A stretch of DNA of 64,000 nucleotides, taken from positions 47,437,130 to 47,501,129 of the forward strand of contig NC_068985.1 of assembly GCF_001194135.2 (NCBI RefSeq), written 5' to 3'. Origin of the DNA: Octopus bimaculoides. Lineage: Eukaryota. Position 1 is the first letter of the stretch. Every line of letters begins with the position of its first letter. Below the pieces are notes generated by a model, which did not search any database, had not been told where the DNA came from, and saw only the letters and a program-made list of their open reading frames with translations. Of this stretch, positions 36,466-49,900 are shown in pieces. The position numbers and the translations under genes were made by a program.

Positions 36466-37383
36466 CAGGTTGAGGCAACAGATGTTTTTAGGATTTTCAC
36501 TGATGATATATAGTAACATCTGTCTCCATGTTATACCATTTATTTGATACAACTTGTTGCACAATCGTTGCTGAATTGTTTATTTTTAATTTTTATATAT
36601 AACATCTAAATATTCATTATTTATTCTTTAGTTGACGGTTTTCATAATGAGTAGTGAAAAGACTAGAGACATTTTCGGCTACCAGTGAAGAAGCACTCGT
36701 ACACCAGAACTCGGTCCTTCACAAAACACCATCAATCGACACCTCCAAAATCTGACGCGTGAACAGTTGCAAACAACTGCTGGGACATCTTTAAAATGCC
36801 CGTTTTTTGGTGTTAAATTGTAACTGGGGATATAAAATGAATCTATTTTTATAATCCTAATAAGAGAAACTAGTGGATTCGATCCGGTTAGAACATGTTG
36901 GCATGCTGAGTGTTTGGTAGAAAATTGAGAGAATGTTGCACTGTGATCTCGTTCCAGATGATCATGTGAACGCTAACCATTATGATCAATAACTACCGTA
37001 AGTATATGATGCTTTGAACGCCTGCTAATCGAAGACGCACACTCATACAGCATGAAAACGACTTGCAACACACATTGCCAATGTGACCAAGAATGAACTT
37101 GAAAAACTTGAGAGACTGGAAGCGCTACTTCATAGTGACTACAGTTCAGACCTTGCCCATCAGATTATCACATTCTCCGAGAAATGTCACATTTCCTGCA
37201 CGGAGAGAAGTATAACGATATGGAAGAGATTGATAGAGTTTATTGTCTCTATTCCAATCAATTGCTATAAGCATGGAATCGAGCTTCTGATACAATGATG
37301 GCAACAGACAATAGACTATGATGACATATATTTTGAATTCTTATTTAAAGCCTAAAATACGAAAAATCTTTTGACTCAAACTG
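36466..37383 (+). mobile_element. Mariner (DD34D-type) relic with internal deletions and degenerate TIRs
   Basis: MSSEKTRDIF; ELGPSQNTINRHL; MLSVW*..VNANHY; HIANVTKNELE..DL(A)PSDYHI..YKHGIELL..W...YFE. Inverted ends caggttgaggcaacagatgttt and aaaatcttttgactcaaactg match at 18/22. Confidence 0.8.
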
Positions 37384-38325
37384 GTGTTTATATTGTGTGT
37401 GTGTGTGTGAGTGAGTGTGTTTGTGTGTGAGTGAGTGTGTTTGTGTGTGTGTGTAAGTGAAAGAGAGATGGAGAGTTACTGATTATACTCGACGTAAAGA
37501 GACAAAAGTAATTAATGATAAGAAAAATAGTAAATGGGCGAGAGAATGGTTTCTATGTTTAATAAACGAAAATGTGTATAGTTCATTATAGAACAAAAGG
37601 CAGAAAATACGGTGTTAATCCTATCACAATATAATCAACATATATAAAGCTTCCTTTTATCTTTAAAAGAATTTATTATGAATTTAGAGGAAATGTAAAG
37701 CCTCCAAGTACGATAACCGTTTACTATATATTTTGATTGTGCTTATATATGTATGTGCACCTGTATGTGTGTGAGTATAAGTGTGTATCTTTGTGTGTTT
37801 GTGTTTGTGTGTGTGTGTGTGAGTGTGTCCTAATATACAGGGAAATCAATTTTTATTCTCTGCCAAACCTCTAAAGGATCCTTCTATCACTTTGCTTTGT
37901 TATATTTTATTTTCATGATAGCGATTAAAATTCAAACCACACACCTAACAAATACCATTGGTGTGAATGAAGATAGAAGTGAGATTTTTGAATAGGAAAG
38001 TGCTTAAAACAAATGACATTTCTCACTGTATGTTTCAAAACTGAGATGTAGATTGGAAATAATTTTATCATCAACATTTTAATAGTAATAATGATATTCA
38101 CAGTCATGTCAGTCTTTCTTTCTATGTAAATTGAATTCCTTGTTTACTTTGATATACATCAAAGTCTGTATAGAAGGTTAACTTTCAAAGACAGTAATAG
38201 TAACGTTTAAATTAATTATGTTTTTGTATTTCGATCATTTCTCAATAATATGTTGAGATATCCCCACAAAAGCAATAAATATTCCATCTTTTATTATATA
38301 ACTAACAATATTTTCTAATATGTTG

Positions 38326-38390
<65 letters not shown>

Positions 38391-38500
38391 GTTCAGTAGT
38401 TTTATTTTTATAACGTGCTTTCACTTCACTACCGAGCGCAGCTCTGTGTGCCTTGGGTATGTGCTGTGGTTTGCTGTGATACTCTTATGGTTACTGTATA

Positions 38501-38536
<36 letters not shown>

Positions 38537-38552
38537 CATCATTATTATTGTT

Positions 38553-38584
<32 letters not shown>

Positions 38585-38585
38585 T

Positions 38586-38768
38586 GAGGTGCTTACCTGT
38601 ATTTCCCCTGCTGCTACGTTCTGAGTTCAAATTCCACCGAAGTCGACTTTCCCTTTCATCCTTTTGGGATCGATTAAATTAGTACCAGTTACGCACTGGG
38701 GTCGATATAACCAACGCAATACCTACCCTCAAATTTGAGGCTTTGTGCTTCCAGTAGAAAAGATTATT
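38586..38768 (+). mobile_element. SINE family A, 5'-truncated, short tail
   Basis: tacgttctgagttcaaattccaccgaagtcgacttt..actggggtcgat..agtagaaaagattatt; preceded by (ATT/ATC)n. Confidence 0.88.
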
Positions 38769-39390
38769 ACCTCTTCCTTACCGAAGGTGAAGGTATTGTT
38801 TTCAGTCGTGTTTCTCTGGACAAGATATCTCAAGAACCACTGGATGGATTGGGATGAAACTTTCAGGGATGTTTGGCCTCACAATTGGCACAAACCGATT
38901 AGATTTCGGTATCGATCCGGTATCGGGCAAGGATTCTGGATTATTTTTCACATTTTCTTTACTTTGCATGTGTATGTAAAGTTTCGCATAGTTCTCTTGC
39001 ACACGCACACACACACATGCTCGCACATTTTCAGCGTTGAACATTACTATCCCATTTCCATTGTACACACACAAACATATACACACGCGAGCGCAAACAT
39101 TCTTCTCTTTTACACACACATATGCTCACACAATAAACTCTGTTTATCGGTTTTTTTCATTGTTTCCTTCACTATTCATCTATCCTTTCTCATTCATACG
39201 ACGCTCTCTATGCCATTTATCTCCTCTACCTTCACCTCTCACTCCAGGTCTATTTATATATATATATATNNNNNNNNNNNNNNNNNNNNNNNNNNNNNNN
39301 NNNNNNNNNNNNNNNNNNNNNNNNGAGGGAGGTATATATTTCGGTGCAAAGGATATTTTACACGGCGCAGTATTTTACAATCCTGTAAAT
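38766..39390 (+). mobile_element. Probable non-autonomous Helentron/DINE-1-like element
   Basis: 5' imperfect hairpin ttacctc..gaaggta; matching subterminal gaggtat at ~39328; terminal hairpin tttaca-atcc-tgtaaa at 39374-39389; internal simple repeats. Family call is from recalled architecture. Confidence 0.5.
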
Positions 39391-40398
39391 AATAATAATA
39401 ATAATGCTATTTTTATATAAGCCTAAAGTTTATGGCGATCACTGTAGAATGAGTAAAGAAAATAGTCTAATAAGAGGGCATATAACCCTTGACAGAAAAA
39501 AAAGAAGGCTTTCCTATCCGCGTGGGACTCTCCCCCACATCCCTTTTTTTAACGCGACTAAGTGTGTTACCTTTACACCAGCGAATTGGACTAATTCGCT
39601 GGACGATCAGATTTGAACTTAGGCTCAACAACGGTGGTGACCGCGACGATGACAAATGCTGAATACAGCGATTCATGTTAATACATACGTGCGATGCGTG
39701 GAATGAAGCGTGAATATACGTAGGCGTTAATAAATATAAGAGCTGAAAACAAAAGAAAAATCTAAACATTATACATCTACTGCCCAAACATTTGCCGTTT
39801 GTTATACTCCACCAGCTAAATAGTTACGTTGATAACAAGTTTTTAAAAAAAGCCATATTTCATACACTGTTCAATATTTCTATGAGATTAGATAAAAAGA
39901 AGCAACTTCAATCGGTACTGAATGAATGCAACGACCTCTGCAATAATACAACATATCTAGGTTGATATAACGCCTTCCAATGGGATAAAAATGAGCGCCC
40001 CAAACTATCGAATCGTTAGTTTACTCCGTTTTATAGATGACCATCTTCACCTTTGCTTCTCAAATTTATTTAACTTGTTATAATGCAACAGAACGAAATG
40101 TATTTCATAAAATTGCTGCTGACAGGTTCATAGCCTTTAAATCACTGGTTGGCCATAAATTATTCCATCAATATATTCGGTGGAATTCCAGTACAGCTTT
40201 TCGGTCACGATGTCTCGTATACTGAATTAAAATTTGAAATATTTTTGAAAACTATACCAATTGCAAGAAGCATTTATCTCCACACTTCTCTGTCCTTAGT
40301 AACCATATAATATTATGCAAGGCTCACGGAGCCTGGAATCGCCTTCTCTGGAGAGCATTGTTCTGTTCTGGGACATATCAAAGTCGTTTCTTATCACG

Positions 40399-40468
40399 AC
40401 CTATTCTGTTTTAAGTTTAACAGGCAATCTTATACCTATTCTGTTTTAAGTTTAACGGGCAATCTTAT
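40399..40468. repeat. 35-bp tandem duplication with one mismatch
   Basis: acctattctgttttaagtttaac(a/g)ggcaatcttat, two copies. Confidence 0.95.
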
Positions 40469-40951
40469 CGAATAATTGTCTCAATACTCTCATTTAAAGA
40501 TATTTATCTCAAAGTAATTAACATGCAAATTTTATTCCACTACGTTCCACATGTCTTCATTCTTCTTATTTTTTCCCTAAATGCGAACCTACATTTTATC
40601 GCACAGAATTAAAGAAGCTTCTGAAAGCGATCCCTTATTTTGCGATACATAATATAATTATCGGTGTGAGTCTGTTCTGATATGTTTGCATAAAATAAAT
40701 ATTAGGAAGATCTAACGGTTAAAAATTCAATTCAGATTAAGTTATTTCATATATATATCCGTTAGTTAGGGGATGATTCCTTCCATTAAAATGGCTGCTT
40801 GCTATTATCCCTGTGCCTTTTCATTGTTTTGATATTTCAATACATCTTCACAGGAGAAAGAGGGATACATTTTACTTATTTGATAAAGTTTCGGCTTAAA
40901 GGCTGAAGGATTCATGTATATATATATATGGTTTGTTTCCTTCTTGAAAAT

Positions 40952-41060
40952 TTCATCCTTTCGGAGTCGATAAAAATGTACCAGTTGAACACTGGGCTCT
41001 ATGTGATCGATTCACCGCTTTATTAAAATTGATGGCCTTGTACCAACATTTGAAATCATT
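40952..41060 (+). mobile_element. SINE family A 3' fragment with expanded (ATT)n tail to ~41170
   Basis: tttcatcctttcggagtcgataaaaatgtaccag..ggccttgtaccaacatttgaaatcattatt. Confidence 0.8.
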
Positions 41061-41112
41061 ATTATTATTATTATTATTATTATNNNNNNNNNNATTATTA
41101 TTATTATTATTA

Positions 41113-41168
<56 letters not shown>

Positions 41169-41657
41169 GCTATTGCTATTCATTCGTAACGCGCTGTAGG
41201 TAAAAATGCACCGGAGTCTTTAGTCATCTGTCAAATCACAACAATAATACTTTCCTTAAGATGTGCGCTGTGCCCAATAAGGCTACTTTTTGCAAGACAT
41301 CAATCTTGCATGGGATTTTCAGTTGCCTTAAGACGTTTTGAGGTTTCAGTGGGAGTTAGCCTAGCGCTTCGATCACCACTGGTACCACTTTTATATTACC
41401 CTCTCGCATTCTATACAGTCTTGCCATTTCCATTTTCAGTTCGGAGTGCTTGGTGATTTTTTCAACCTCTTTACTCACAACATTCATGTCATTTACTATG
41501 GCAACTTCAATGATCTGACAGTATTTGTCAATAGGATAATATCCGGCCGACGGTGTTCGATTACACGTTCCGTATGAAAATCATGGTCCCTTTCAACTCC
41601 GAAAGGTTGAAATGTTCAAGAAAGAAATCAAACCATATATATATAAATACTTCAACC

Positions 41658-41699
<42 letters not shown>

Positions 41700-41867
41700 G
41701 TCGTCGTCGTCATCATCATTATCACCATCATTATTTGTAGGGATAGTTATTGAAAACAGGTTTCTGAAGAAGCTAATGTTTTCTTGTTCATTTCTTTCTT
41801 GTCATTTCTTCTTTATTCTCAATTTCATTCACCTCTTCTCCGCACCTTTTTCTTCATCATCCTCATT

Positions 41868-41940
41868 CTTCTTCTTCTTCTTCTTCTTCTTCTTCTTCTT
41901 CTTCTTCTTCTTCTTCTTCTTCTTCTTCTTCTTCTGCTTC

Positions 41941-41972
<32 letters not shown>

Positions 41973-41992
41973 CTTCTTTTTTTTTCTTCTTC
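41868..41992. repeat. (TTC)n microsatellite running into a gap
   Basis: Direct reading. Confidence 0.95.
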
Positions 41993-43053
41993 NNNNNNNN
42001 NNNNNNNNNNNNNNNNNNNNNNNNNNNNNNNNNNNNNNNNNNNNNNNNNNNNNNNNNNNNNNNNNNNNNNNNNNNNNNNNNNNNNNNNNNNNNNNNNNNN
42101 NNNNNNNNNNNNNNNNNNNNNNNNNNNNNNNNNNNNNNNNNNNNNNNNNNNNNNNNNNNNNNNNNNNNNNNNNNNNNNNNNNNNNNNNNNNNNNNNNNNN
42201 NNNNNNNNNNNNNNNNNNNNNNNNNNNNNNNNNNNNNNNNNNNNNNNNNNNNNNNNNNNNNNNNNNNNNNNNNNNNNNNNNNNNNNNNNNNNNNNNNNNN
42301 NNNNNNNNNNNNNNNNNNNNNNNNNNNNNNNNNNNNNNNNNNNNNNNNNNNNNNNNNNNNNNNNNNNNNNNNNNNNNNNNNNNNNNNNNNNNNNNNNNNN
42401 NNNNNNNNNNNNNNNNNNNNNNNNNNNNNNNNNNNNNNNNNNNNNNNNNNNNNNNNNNNNNNNNNNNNNNNNNNNNNNNNNNNNNNNNNNNNNNNNNNNN
42501 NNNNNNNNNNNNNNNNNNNNNNNNNNNNNNNNNNNNNNNNNNNNNNNNNNNNNNNNNNNNNNNNNNNNNNNNNNNNNNNNNNNNNNNNNNNNNNNNNNNN
42601 NNNNNNNNNNNNNNNNNNNNNNNNNNNNNNNNNNNNNNNNNNNNNNNNNNNNNNNNNNNNNNNNNNNNNNNNNNNNNNNNNNNNNNNNNNNNNNNNNNNN
42701 NNNNNNNNNNNNNNNNNNNNNNNNNNNNNNNNNNNNNNNNNNNNNNNNNNNNNNNNNNNNNNNNNNNNNNNNNNNNNNNNNNNNNNNNNNNNNNNNNNNN
42801 NNNNNNNNNNNNNNNNNNNNNNNNNNNNNNNNNNNNNNNNNNNNNNNATATATACATATGTGTGTGTGTGTGTGTGTGTGTATAAATATATATAGGTATG
42901 TACATACATATAAGTATATATTTGTGTGCGTGTTCGTTTGTGTGTGTGTATGTATGTATGTATGTATGTATGTATGTGTGTGTGTATTGCCTGCAAACAA
43001 GGTAAACATTCCAAAGATCGCTTTCTTTTTATTTATAATTTTTTTTTATATAG

Positions 43054-43243
43054 TAGATAGGTATTGTGCGCTGACAAAATAATAAATACTAATATATGGA
43101 TCTCTAACACCACAAAAAGTTAAGGAGGTTTCTTTTTTCTTCTAATAATTTTCATGTTTTTTTTCTAGTTATTATTATATTACATTTAATACTCCATGTT
43201 TGTATTTTTTGCGTTTTCCATCTTTTCTATTCACTTTTCTCCA
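43054..43243 (+). repeat. About 190-bp direct repeat, copy 1
   Basis: tagataggtattgtgcgctgacaaaat...cttttctcca recurs at 44974-45162 with scattered differences. Confidence 0.9.
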
Positions 43244-43927
43244 TTTTCAGAATAACATTAACTGGATCGATTAATATTTGCCATTGTGCTACATTGGTGG
43301 AACGTATCGAATACATTTTATAAATCATAAATCATAGCTCAAGATTACAATCGTGTATTAATGTAGCTGGTTTCTATCAAATATTTCATTATATAGTTTA
43401 TACTATATTTTATTTGTTGTTATCTTAACAGACCTGTTGAATGCATTCCCGTAGTGTAGCCTAAAGCCTTATTTCATTCGATCTCCCGATTTATTATACA
43501 CGGTGGTTTAAGAGCAAGAAAAGAAAATAACTACAATAGCACCTAGAGAATATTGCATTATCATAAAACAAAACCAAGCTAGTGTTAAATATTTTATTCT
43601 CTAAATATTTGATCTGCTGTTGATAATTGTTGTTTATAAGCGCGGGGATCCTAGTGGCTAGTGACATCAGTCTATCAGTCAATAGTTCGAGACTTCGTAT
43701 TACCCTATCCAAATGTTCAAATCAACTTAGACAGCGCTCTTATTGAATAGCCCACCTAGTTAAAGATAAATGGCATGATAAAGTACAAGTTTTAACTGCA
43801 AACTTTGGCAAGATAGTTTCTGTTGTATTTCTCGGGACTACGTTCGAAAAAGAGGAAGTATTTTACGCCCAAAAATGTATTCAAAAATTTCTAAGATATC
43901 TATGTGTGCATGTGAGTTTCTATCTCT

Positions 43928-43995
<68 letters not shown>

Positions 43996-44564
43996 NNNNN
44001 NNNNNNNNNNNNNNNNNNNNNNNNNNNNNNNNNNNNNNNNNNNNNNNNNNNNNNNNNNNNNNNNNNNNNNNNNNNNNNNNNNNNNNNNNNNNNNNNNNNN
44101 NNNNNNNNNNNNNNNNNNNNNNNNNNNNNNNNNNNNNNNNNNNNNNNNNNNNNNNNNNNNNNNNNNNNNNNNNNNNNNNNNNNNNNNNNNNNNNNNNNNN
44201 NNNNNNNNNNNNNNNNNNNNNNNNNNNNNNNNNNNNNNNNNNNNNNNNNNNNNNNNNNNNNNNNNNNNNNNNNNNNNNNNNNNNNNNNNNNNNNNNNNNN
44301 NNNNNNNNNNNNNNNNNNNNNNNNNNNNNNNNNNNNNNNNNNNNNNNNNNNNNNNNNNNNNNNNNNNNNNNNNNNNNNNNNNNNNNNNNNNNNNNNNNNN
44401 NNNNNNNNNNNNNNNNNNNNNNNNNNNNNNNNNNNNNNNNNNNNNNNNNNNNNNNNNNNNNNNNNNNNNNNNNNNNNNNNNNNNNNNNNNNNNNNNNNNN
44501 NNNNNNNNNNNNNNNNNNNNNNNNNNNNNNNNNNNNNNNNNNNNNNNNNNNNNNNNNNNNNNNN

Positions 44565-44597
<33 letters not shown>

Positions 44598-44973
44598 ACT
44601 ACATTGTAAGGTTGAGCTGCTCCATGGCTGGCTTAAAATATTAAGAAAGCGTGAATTTCCCTCTCATATTTACTTGGTACACTTAGTGAGTTTTCTTTTT
44701 GTTGCATATGTCACAAAGACAAAGCCCACTAAAAACGATGAAATGGCTCTCAGTCTTCCTTTACAAATTCATTTAGCGTTTATATTGCAATGCTGTCTTT
44801 TTTTAGCGAAGAGCTTAATTGTCTGTCATAAAGAGATCTTTAGTCAAGAGAGACAACTAACGATAATATTTTGATTTTTATTGATTTCTAGAATGGAGGA
44901 AAATTCTGAAAACTTTCTATTTCTCCAAGAAAAATGTTGTCAATAACCACACCCCAGCAAATTTGTTATACAA

Positions 44974-45162
44974 TAGATAGGTATTGTGCGCTGACAAAAT
45001 AATAACTACTAATATATGGATCTCTAACACCACAAGAAATTTAAGCAGGTTTCTTTTTTCTTATAATTTTCATATTTTTTCTAGTTATTATTATATTACA
45101 TTTAATACTCCATGTTTGTATTTTTGGCGTTTTTCATCTTCTTTTCAATTCGCTTTTCTCCA
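44974..45162 (+). repeat. About 190-bp direct repeat, copy 2
   Basis: See copy 1. Confidence 0.9.
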
Positions 45163-45229
45163 AAATTTGCAAGTTTGAATTACATCGTATTGTCTGCCTA
45201 AATTGGATTAACAATATGTTTTAGAATTG

Positions 45230-45612
45230 AGTGACATGGCTCCAAACAGTTACTTTATTTTCTAACATGTTTCATGTCAATGATCCTTCCAATGTTATCG
45301 TATACATTATCATGGCAAACTTATTTTTAGTATCTTTACATCAAACGCAAACAAGGAACCTTGCCCACCACTGTGCAAGACCACCACAGTCAACAGACAC
45401 TGGATGGCCTCCCCTAAAGCTTGCACAGTTGTCACGCCAATATTTTTACTAAATATTGGGGGCCTATTGCATCACAACAGCAACAAAAGCAAAATGAGGG
45501 TAGCGACATCAGGCTCCCTTATTCACAAAATGCCATATTACAGGAGGCTTTCAATAATACAAGTGAAGCAAAACGGCGGTGCCCCAGTATGGCCACAGCT
45601 TTGAGCTGAAAC
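45230..45612 (+). mobile_element. Possible LINE 3' end carrying a SINE-C-like tail
   Basis: Tail ggcggtgccccagtatggccacagct..gctgaaac is clear. Upstream coding-like text (TGWPPL, DIRLPYS) is only weakly LINE-like. Confidence 0.35.
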
Positions 45613-46699
45613 TAAAAAAAATATTGAATAATCTTTTTCCGTCCAAAATACCCCATAATTCCATCGTATTACGTAGGTGTGTGGTTCTAAATCCTGACGT
45701 GAACCCAGTTGAATAGATATATGTTAAATGATATTGAAATTATCGCTCTCCTGTCAGATTGTAAATCTAGAATTATTAAGTGTCCTTCACTTTCTAAGAC
45801 GTTACCGTGTTTTCAAAGAGTTTCGTTGGTATATCTAGCAAGTCGCTCAACTGCATAAAGATTCCACNNNNNNNNNNNNNNNNNNNNNNNNNNNNNNNNN
45901 NNNNNNNNNNNNNNNNNNNNNNNNNNNNNNNNNNNNNNNNNNNNNNNNNNNNNNNNNNNNNNNNNNNNNNNNNNNNNNNNNNNNNNNNNNNNNNNNNNNN
46001 NNNNNNNNNNNNNNNNNNNNNNNNNNNNNNNNNNNNNNNNNNNNNNNNNNNNNNNNNNNNNNNNNNNNNNNNNNNNNNNNNNNNNNNNNNNNNNNNNNNN
46101 NNNNNNNNNNNNNNNNNNNNNNNNNNNNNNNNNNNNNNNNNNNNNNNNNNNNNNNNNNNNNNNNNNNNNNNNNNNNNNNNNNNNNNNNNNNNNNNNNNNN
46201 NNNNNNNNNNNNNNNNNNNNNNNNNNNNNNNNNNNNNNNNNNNNNNNNNNNNNNNNNNNNNNNNNNNNNNNNNNNNNNNNNNNNNNNNNNNNNNNNNNNN
46301 NNNNNNNNNNNNNNNNNNNNNNNNNNNNNNNNNNNNNNNNNNNNNNNNNNNNNNNNNNNNNNNNNNNNNNNNNNNNNNNNNNNNNNNNNNNNNNNNNNNN
46401 NNNNNNNNNNNNNNNNNNNNNNNNNNNNNNNNNNNNNNNNNNNNNNNNNNNNNNNNNNNNNNNNNNNNNNNNNNNNNNNNNNNNNNNNNNNNNNNNNNNN
46501 NNNNNNNNNNNNNNNNNNNNNNNNNNNNNNNNNNNNNNNNNNNNNNNNNNNNNNNNNNNNNNNNNCACACACACACACACACACGCACACACACACACAC
46601 ACACGCACACACACACACACACGCACGCACACCACATCACACACACACAGTAGCGGTCAACATTCTTGTGATCCTGAAATTTGAACTTTTATGGATCCC

Positions 46700-46900
46700 T
46701 TTTAAATCTAGGGACAATCGGGCAACCATCAACCATTGCCTGAAGAATATTGATAGCCTTGCAATTTCTTATACCACACTCTGTTATTGAGTTAAGTGAA
46801 GCACGAAAATCAAATATTATTTTTATACATATTTGGTTCATTGAAGACTGATAAACTGAATCACAGCTCAAGTGAAAATTAATATACTCTTCCACTCCAA
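46700..46900 (-). mobile_element. Possible LINE reverse-transcriptase relic (domain 3 region)
   Basis: IFDFRASLNSITECGIRNCKAINILQAM resembles the FxDFxKAFDSI..GI.G..LN.I.AM pattern. Confidence 0.35.
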
Positions 46901-49900
46901 GCACGTATGGAAATACCTACATCATGAAGCACGTGAGTATTTAACATATGCCCTCCTCCTGGAAGTCTAGAAAAGAAGACAAACACCTACTGAAAAATGA
47001 CACGATGAGGTCGACTGAATGCGATATGCATGACACCTAATTTGCATAATTGTTAAAATGTTTAGAGATTGTTTTTGGCCCTTTTCTATGACCTTCAGAT
47101 CAAACCTAATTTTGTAGGACAAACTATAGATATTTTCAAGTGAAGGTGTATTTTCATTCAGAACTTGTATTTTACAAAGAAATTTGTAGCTGAATGGTCT
47201 TCTATTGATAGAAATGTCATAAATCTACTGTATGATTTTTAAAAAATACTTCAGTATTTAATCACGATTAGCAGTTAGTCAGTTATATGCCAGGTCAGAC
47301 ATAGAGTCAACAATAATATAGTAATATATGGAATCTTGGTTGTTTATTTACCTTTACTTACATTTGGTTTGTTTTACCATATTTTCTATAAATTCTTCGT
47401 ACATGTACGGTGATAGGTAATATTTATTTTTCAGTCTTACATTTCTCACGATGTTCAAGTAAAAATGTGTGGCATTTTTCAATAAGTTCAATGGTCCTTA
47501 TAAGCTTCCGCAGATTGTGCGCCGTCACTAACTTCACAGCTGCTTGTCTGATCAGTTTCAACAGTAGAGGTTGCCAAAAATGATTCTATAAAATATTGCT
47601 CAGGCTTTCTGGTATTTAGAAATTTCACCAGGTCTCTACTTTTACGTTTCTGGTATCCACATACGTACTTTCACGACCATACTGTTATTTCTCGTGGGTC
47701 CTAATCCGTCTTTAAAATGAGCAAAGTTAATTTGTTGTCTCAAAATTAAGCTTTATTATGTTGATTAAAAGTTTGACACAGCTGCAGGATACATTTATTC
47801 GAATCTCCATGTCCAGTGTCTGATTCAAGTGTTTGTTTACTCACAGAATAAATACTTTAAATGAAACATTTCTGAAGTAATTTATGCAGAGGTATATGTG
47901 TTAAGGTTATAGGATGTAGAGATTACCTTCTACAAACTAATTCAGAAAGGAAATAAATTATTTTACTACTTGTTTCATTTGTTATATAATATATTTCGTA
48001 CGCTACATTGACTTGCCTATACAATTTAACTGAAAATAATTAGTATTCACATAAAACAATGTTAGAATATAGACTTGGGATCGAAGTTTATTTTCATAGA
48101 ATAGTGCAGTGCCCACTATAATATTAATTTGACAACCTCTAACGCGAATGGTCGCTCTGTCGGCTACTGCAGGTGATAAATGAGGCAACTGATGACGCGT
48201 GTTAATCGTATCCCTCTCAAATGCGTAAATGTATTTAAATATGAAAATATTTTATGCTATTTAATACTACTAATTGACAGGGGCTAGGGAATGGGCTTCA
48301 ATTTTCCTATTCTGGTAATCTATCTTCCAATATTTATAAAGTCGAGATTCAAACAATACTTTTCATTAAAAAACCCAGTATTTTATAATAATATTGTTTA
48401 ATTATTAAAAGTCGACAAATCTGATAAGTAAGAAGGAATAGAAAATGAAAGATATGTTTTAAAATTCGAAATAAAAATATTTTAATTTGAAATAAATGCA
48501 ATAAAATTTTAGCTCAAACAAAATAAAATGAAAATGATTAAAAGAAAAGCAAATAATTAATTACTTCTCATTTTCAAAAATAGACTTTAGTAAACAAAGA
48601 CTATTCAGTGAATTTTTTGAAAGACTTCATCTCAGAGAAAATAGATGTCTAGTTATTATGTAAAATATGAAGAATTTCTTATCTTTTACTGAAAATCGGT
48701 GGGAAGAAATTAAATAGCTCGATGCAAAACAGAATTATTATTCAGTTGTTGAGTATGGCGATACACACACACACACACACATAGTCGCACATATTTATGT
48801 ATGTATGGTAAGTATGTATGTGTGCATATATATATANNNNNNNNNNNNNNNNNNNNNNNNNNNNNNNNNNNNNNNNNNNNNNNNNNNNNNNNNNNNNNNN
48901 NNNNNNNNNNNNNNNNNNNNNNNNNNNNNNNNNNNNNNNNNNNNNNNNNNNNNNNNNNNNNNNNNNNNNNNNNNNNNNNNNNNNNNNNNNNNNNNNNNNN
49001 NNNNNNNNNNNNNNNNNNNNNNNNNNNNNNNNNNNNNNNNNNNNNNNNNNNNNNNNNNNNNNNNNNNNNNNNNNNNNNNNNNNNNNNNNNNNNNNNNNNN
49101 NNNNNNNNNNNNNNNNNNNNNNNNNNNNNNNNNNNNNNNNNNNNNNNNNNNNNNNNNNNNNNNNNNNNNNNNNNNNNNNNNTATATATATATTGAGAGAG
49201 AGAGAGAGAGAGATATAAAGAGAAAGGTATTAATGTACTATACTTTTCAACGCCGTTTCTGGTAGTCATTTTTGTGAGTTTTCTTCTTATTTTTGTATTG
49301 ATTTCGTTTCTTTTCTTAGTGTTCCTTCAGAGTTTTACATTTTTTTGCTCTAGCGATGCTTTTAATTTTTTTCGTTCTGTTTTTCGCCTAGAGAAAGAAG
49401 TTAATAAAATCAAGACTTCAAACTAATATATGTTTTGACTTAGAAAACTATTACTAAATCTGAGGCTGCAGAAAAATTGATTAATTAAAATACAATTGTT
49501 TCTGTTGTTCCTTCTGAATTAAAGTCACTAACGTCATTTTTTTTTGTTTTTCTTTATATTTTCGTAGTTCGATTATTAGAGTATTAAATTTTATGTACGA
49601 ATCTAAAATAGGGACTGGCGGTCGATGTGATCCGCTAAAACTTTGTAGGGGTTGCTAGTGACAGAAACAAGTAAATGAAATGCACAACTTTTCTTCAGTA
49701 GCAGTCATCAGTCTATTGAAAGTGTTGCAATTTGTTAAGAGCTATATCAAGTACTATATACATTTTTATTTTTATTTTACGGAGATCACCATGTACCACT
49801 GAAGTAACTCTTCCTTTCCTTGTGCTTCTGTAAAAGAATCACTGTTCAAAATCATCATCTTCCTAAAGATTAGTGAACTGGTAGAGTCCACAGACTAATC

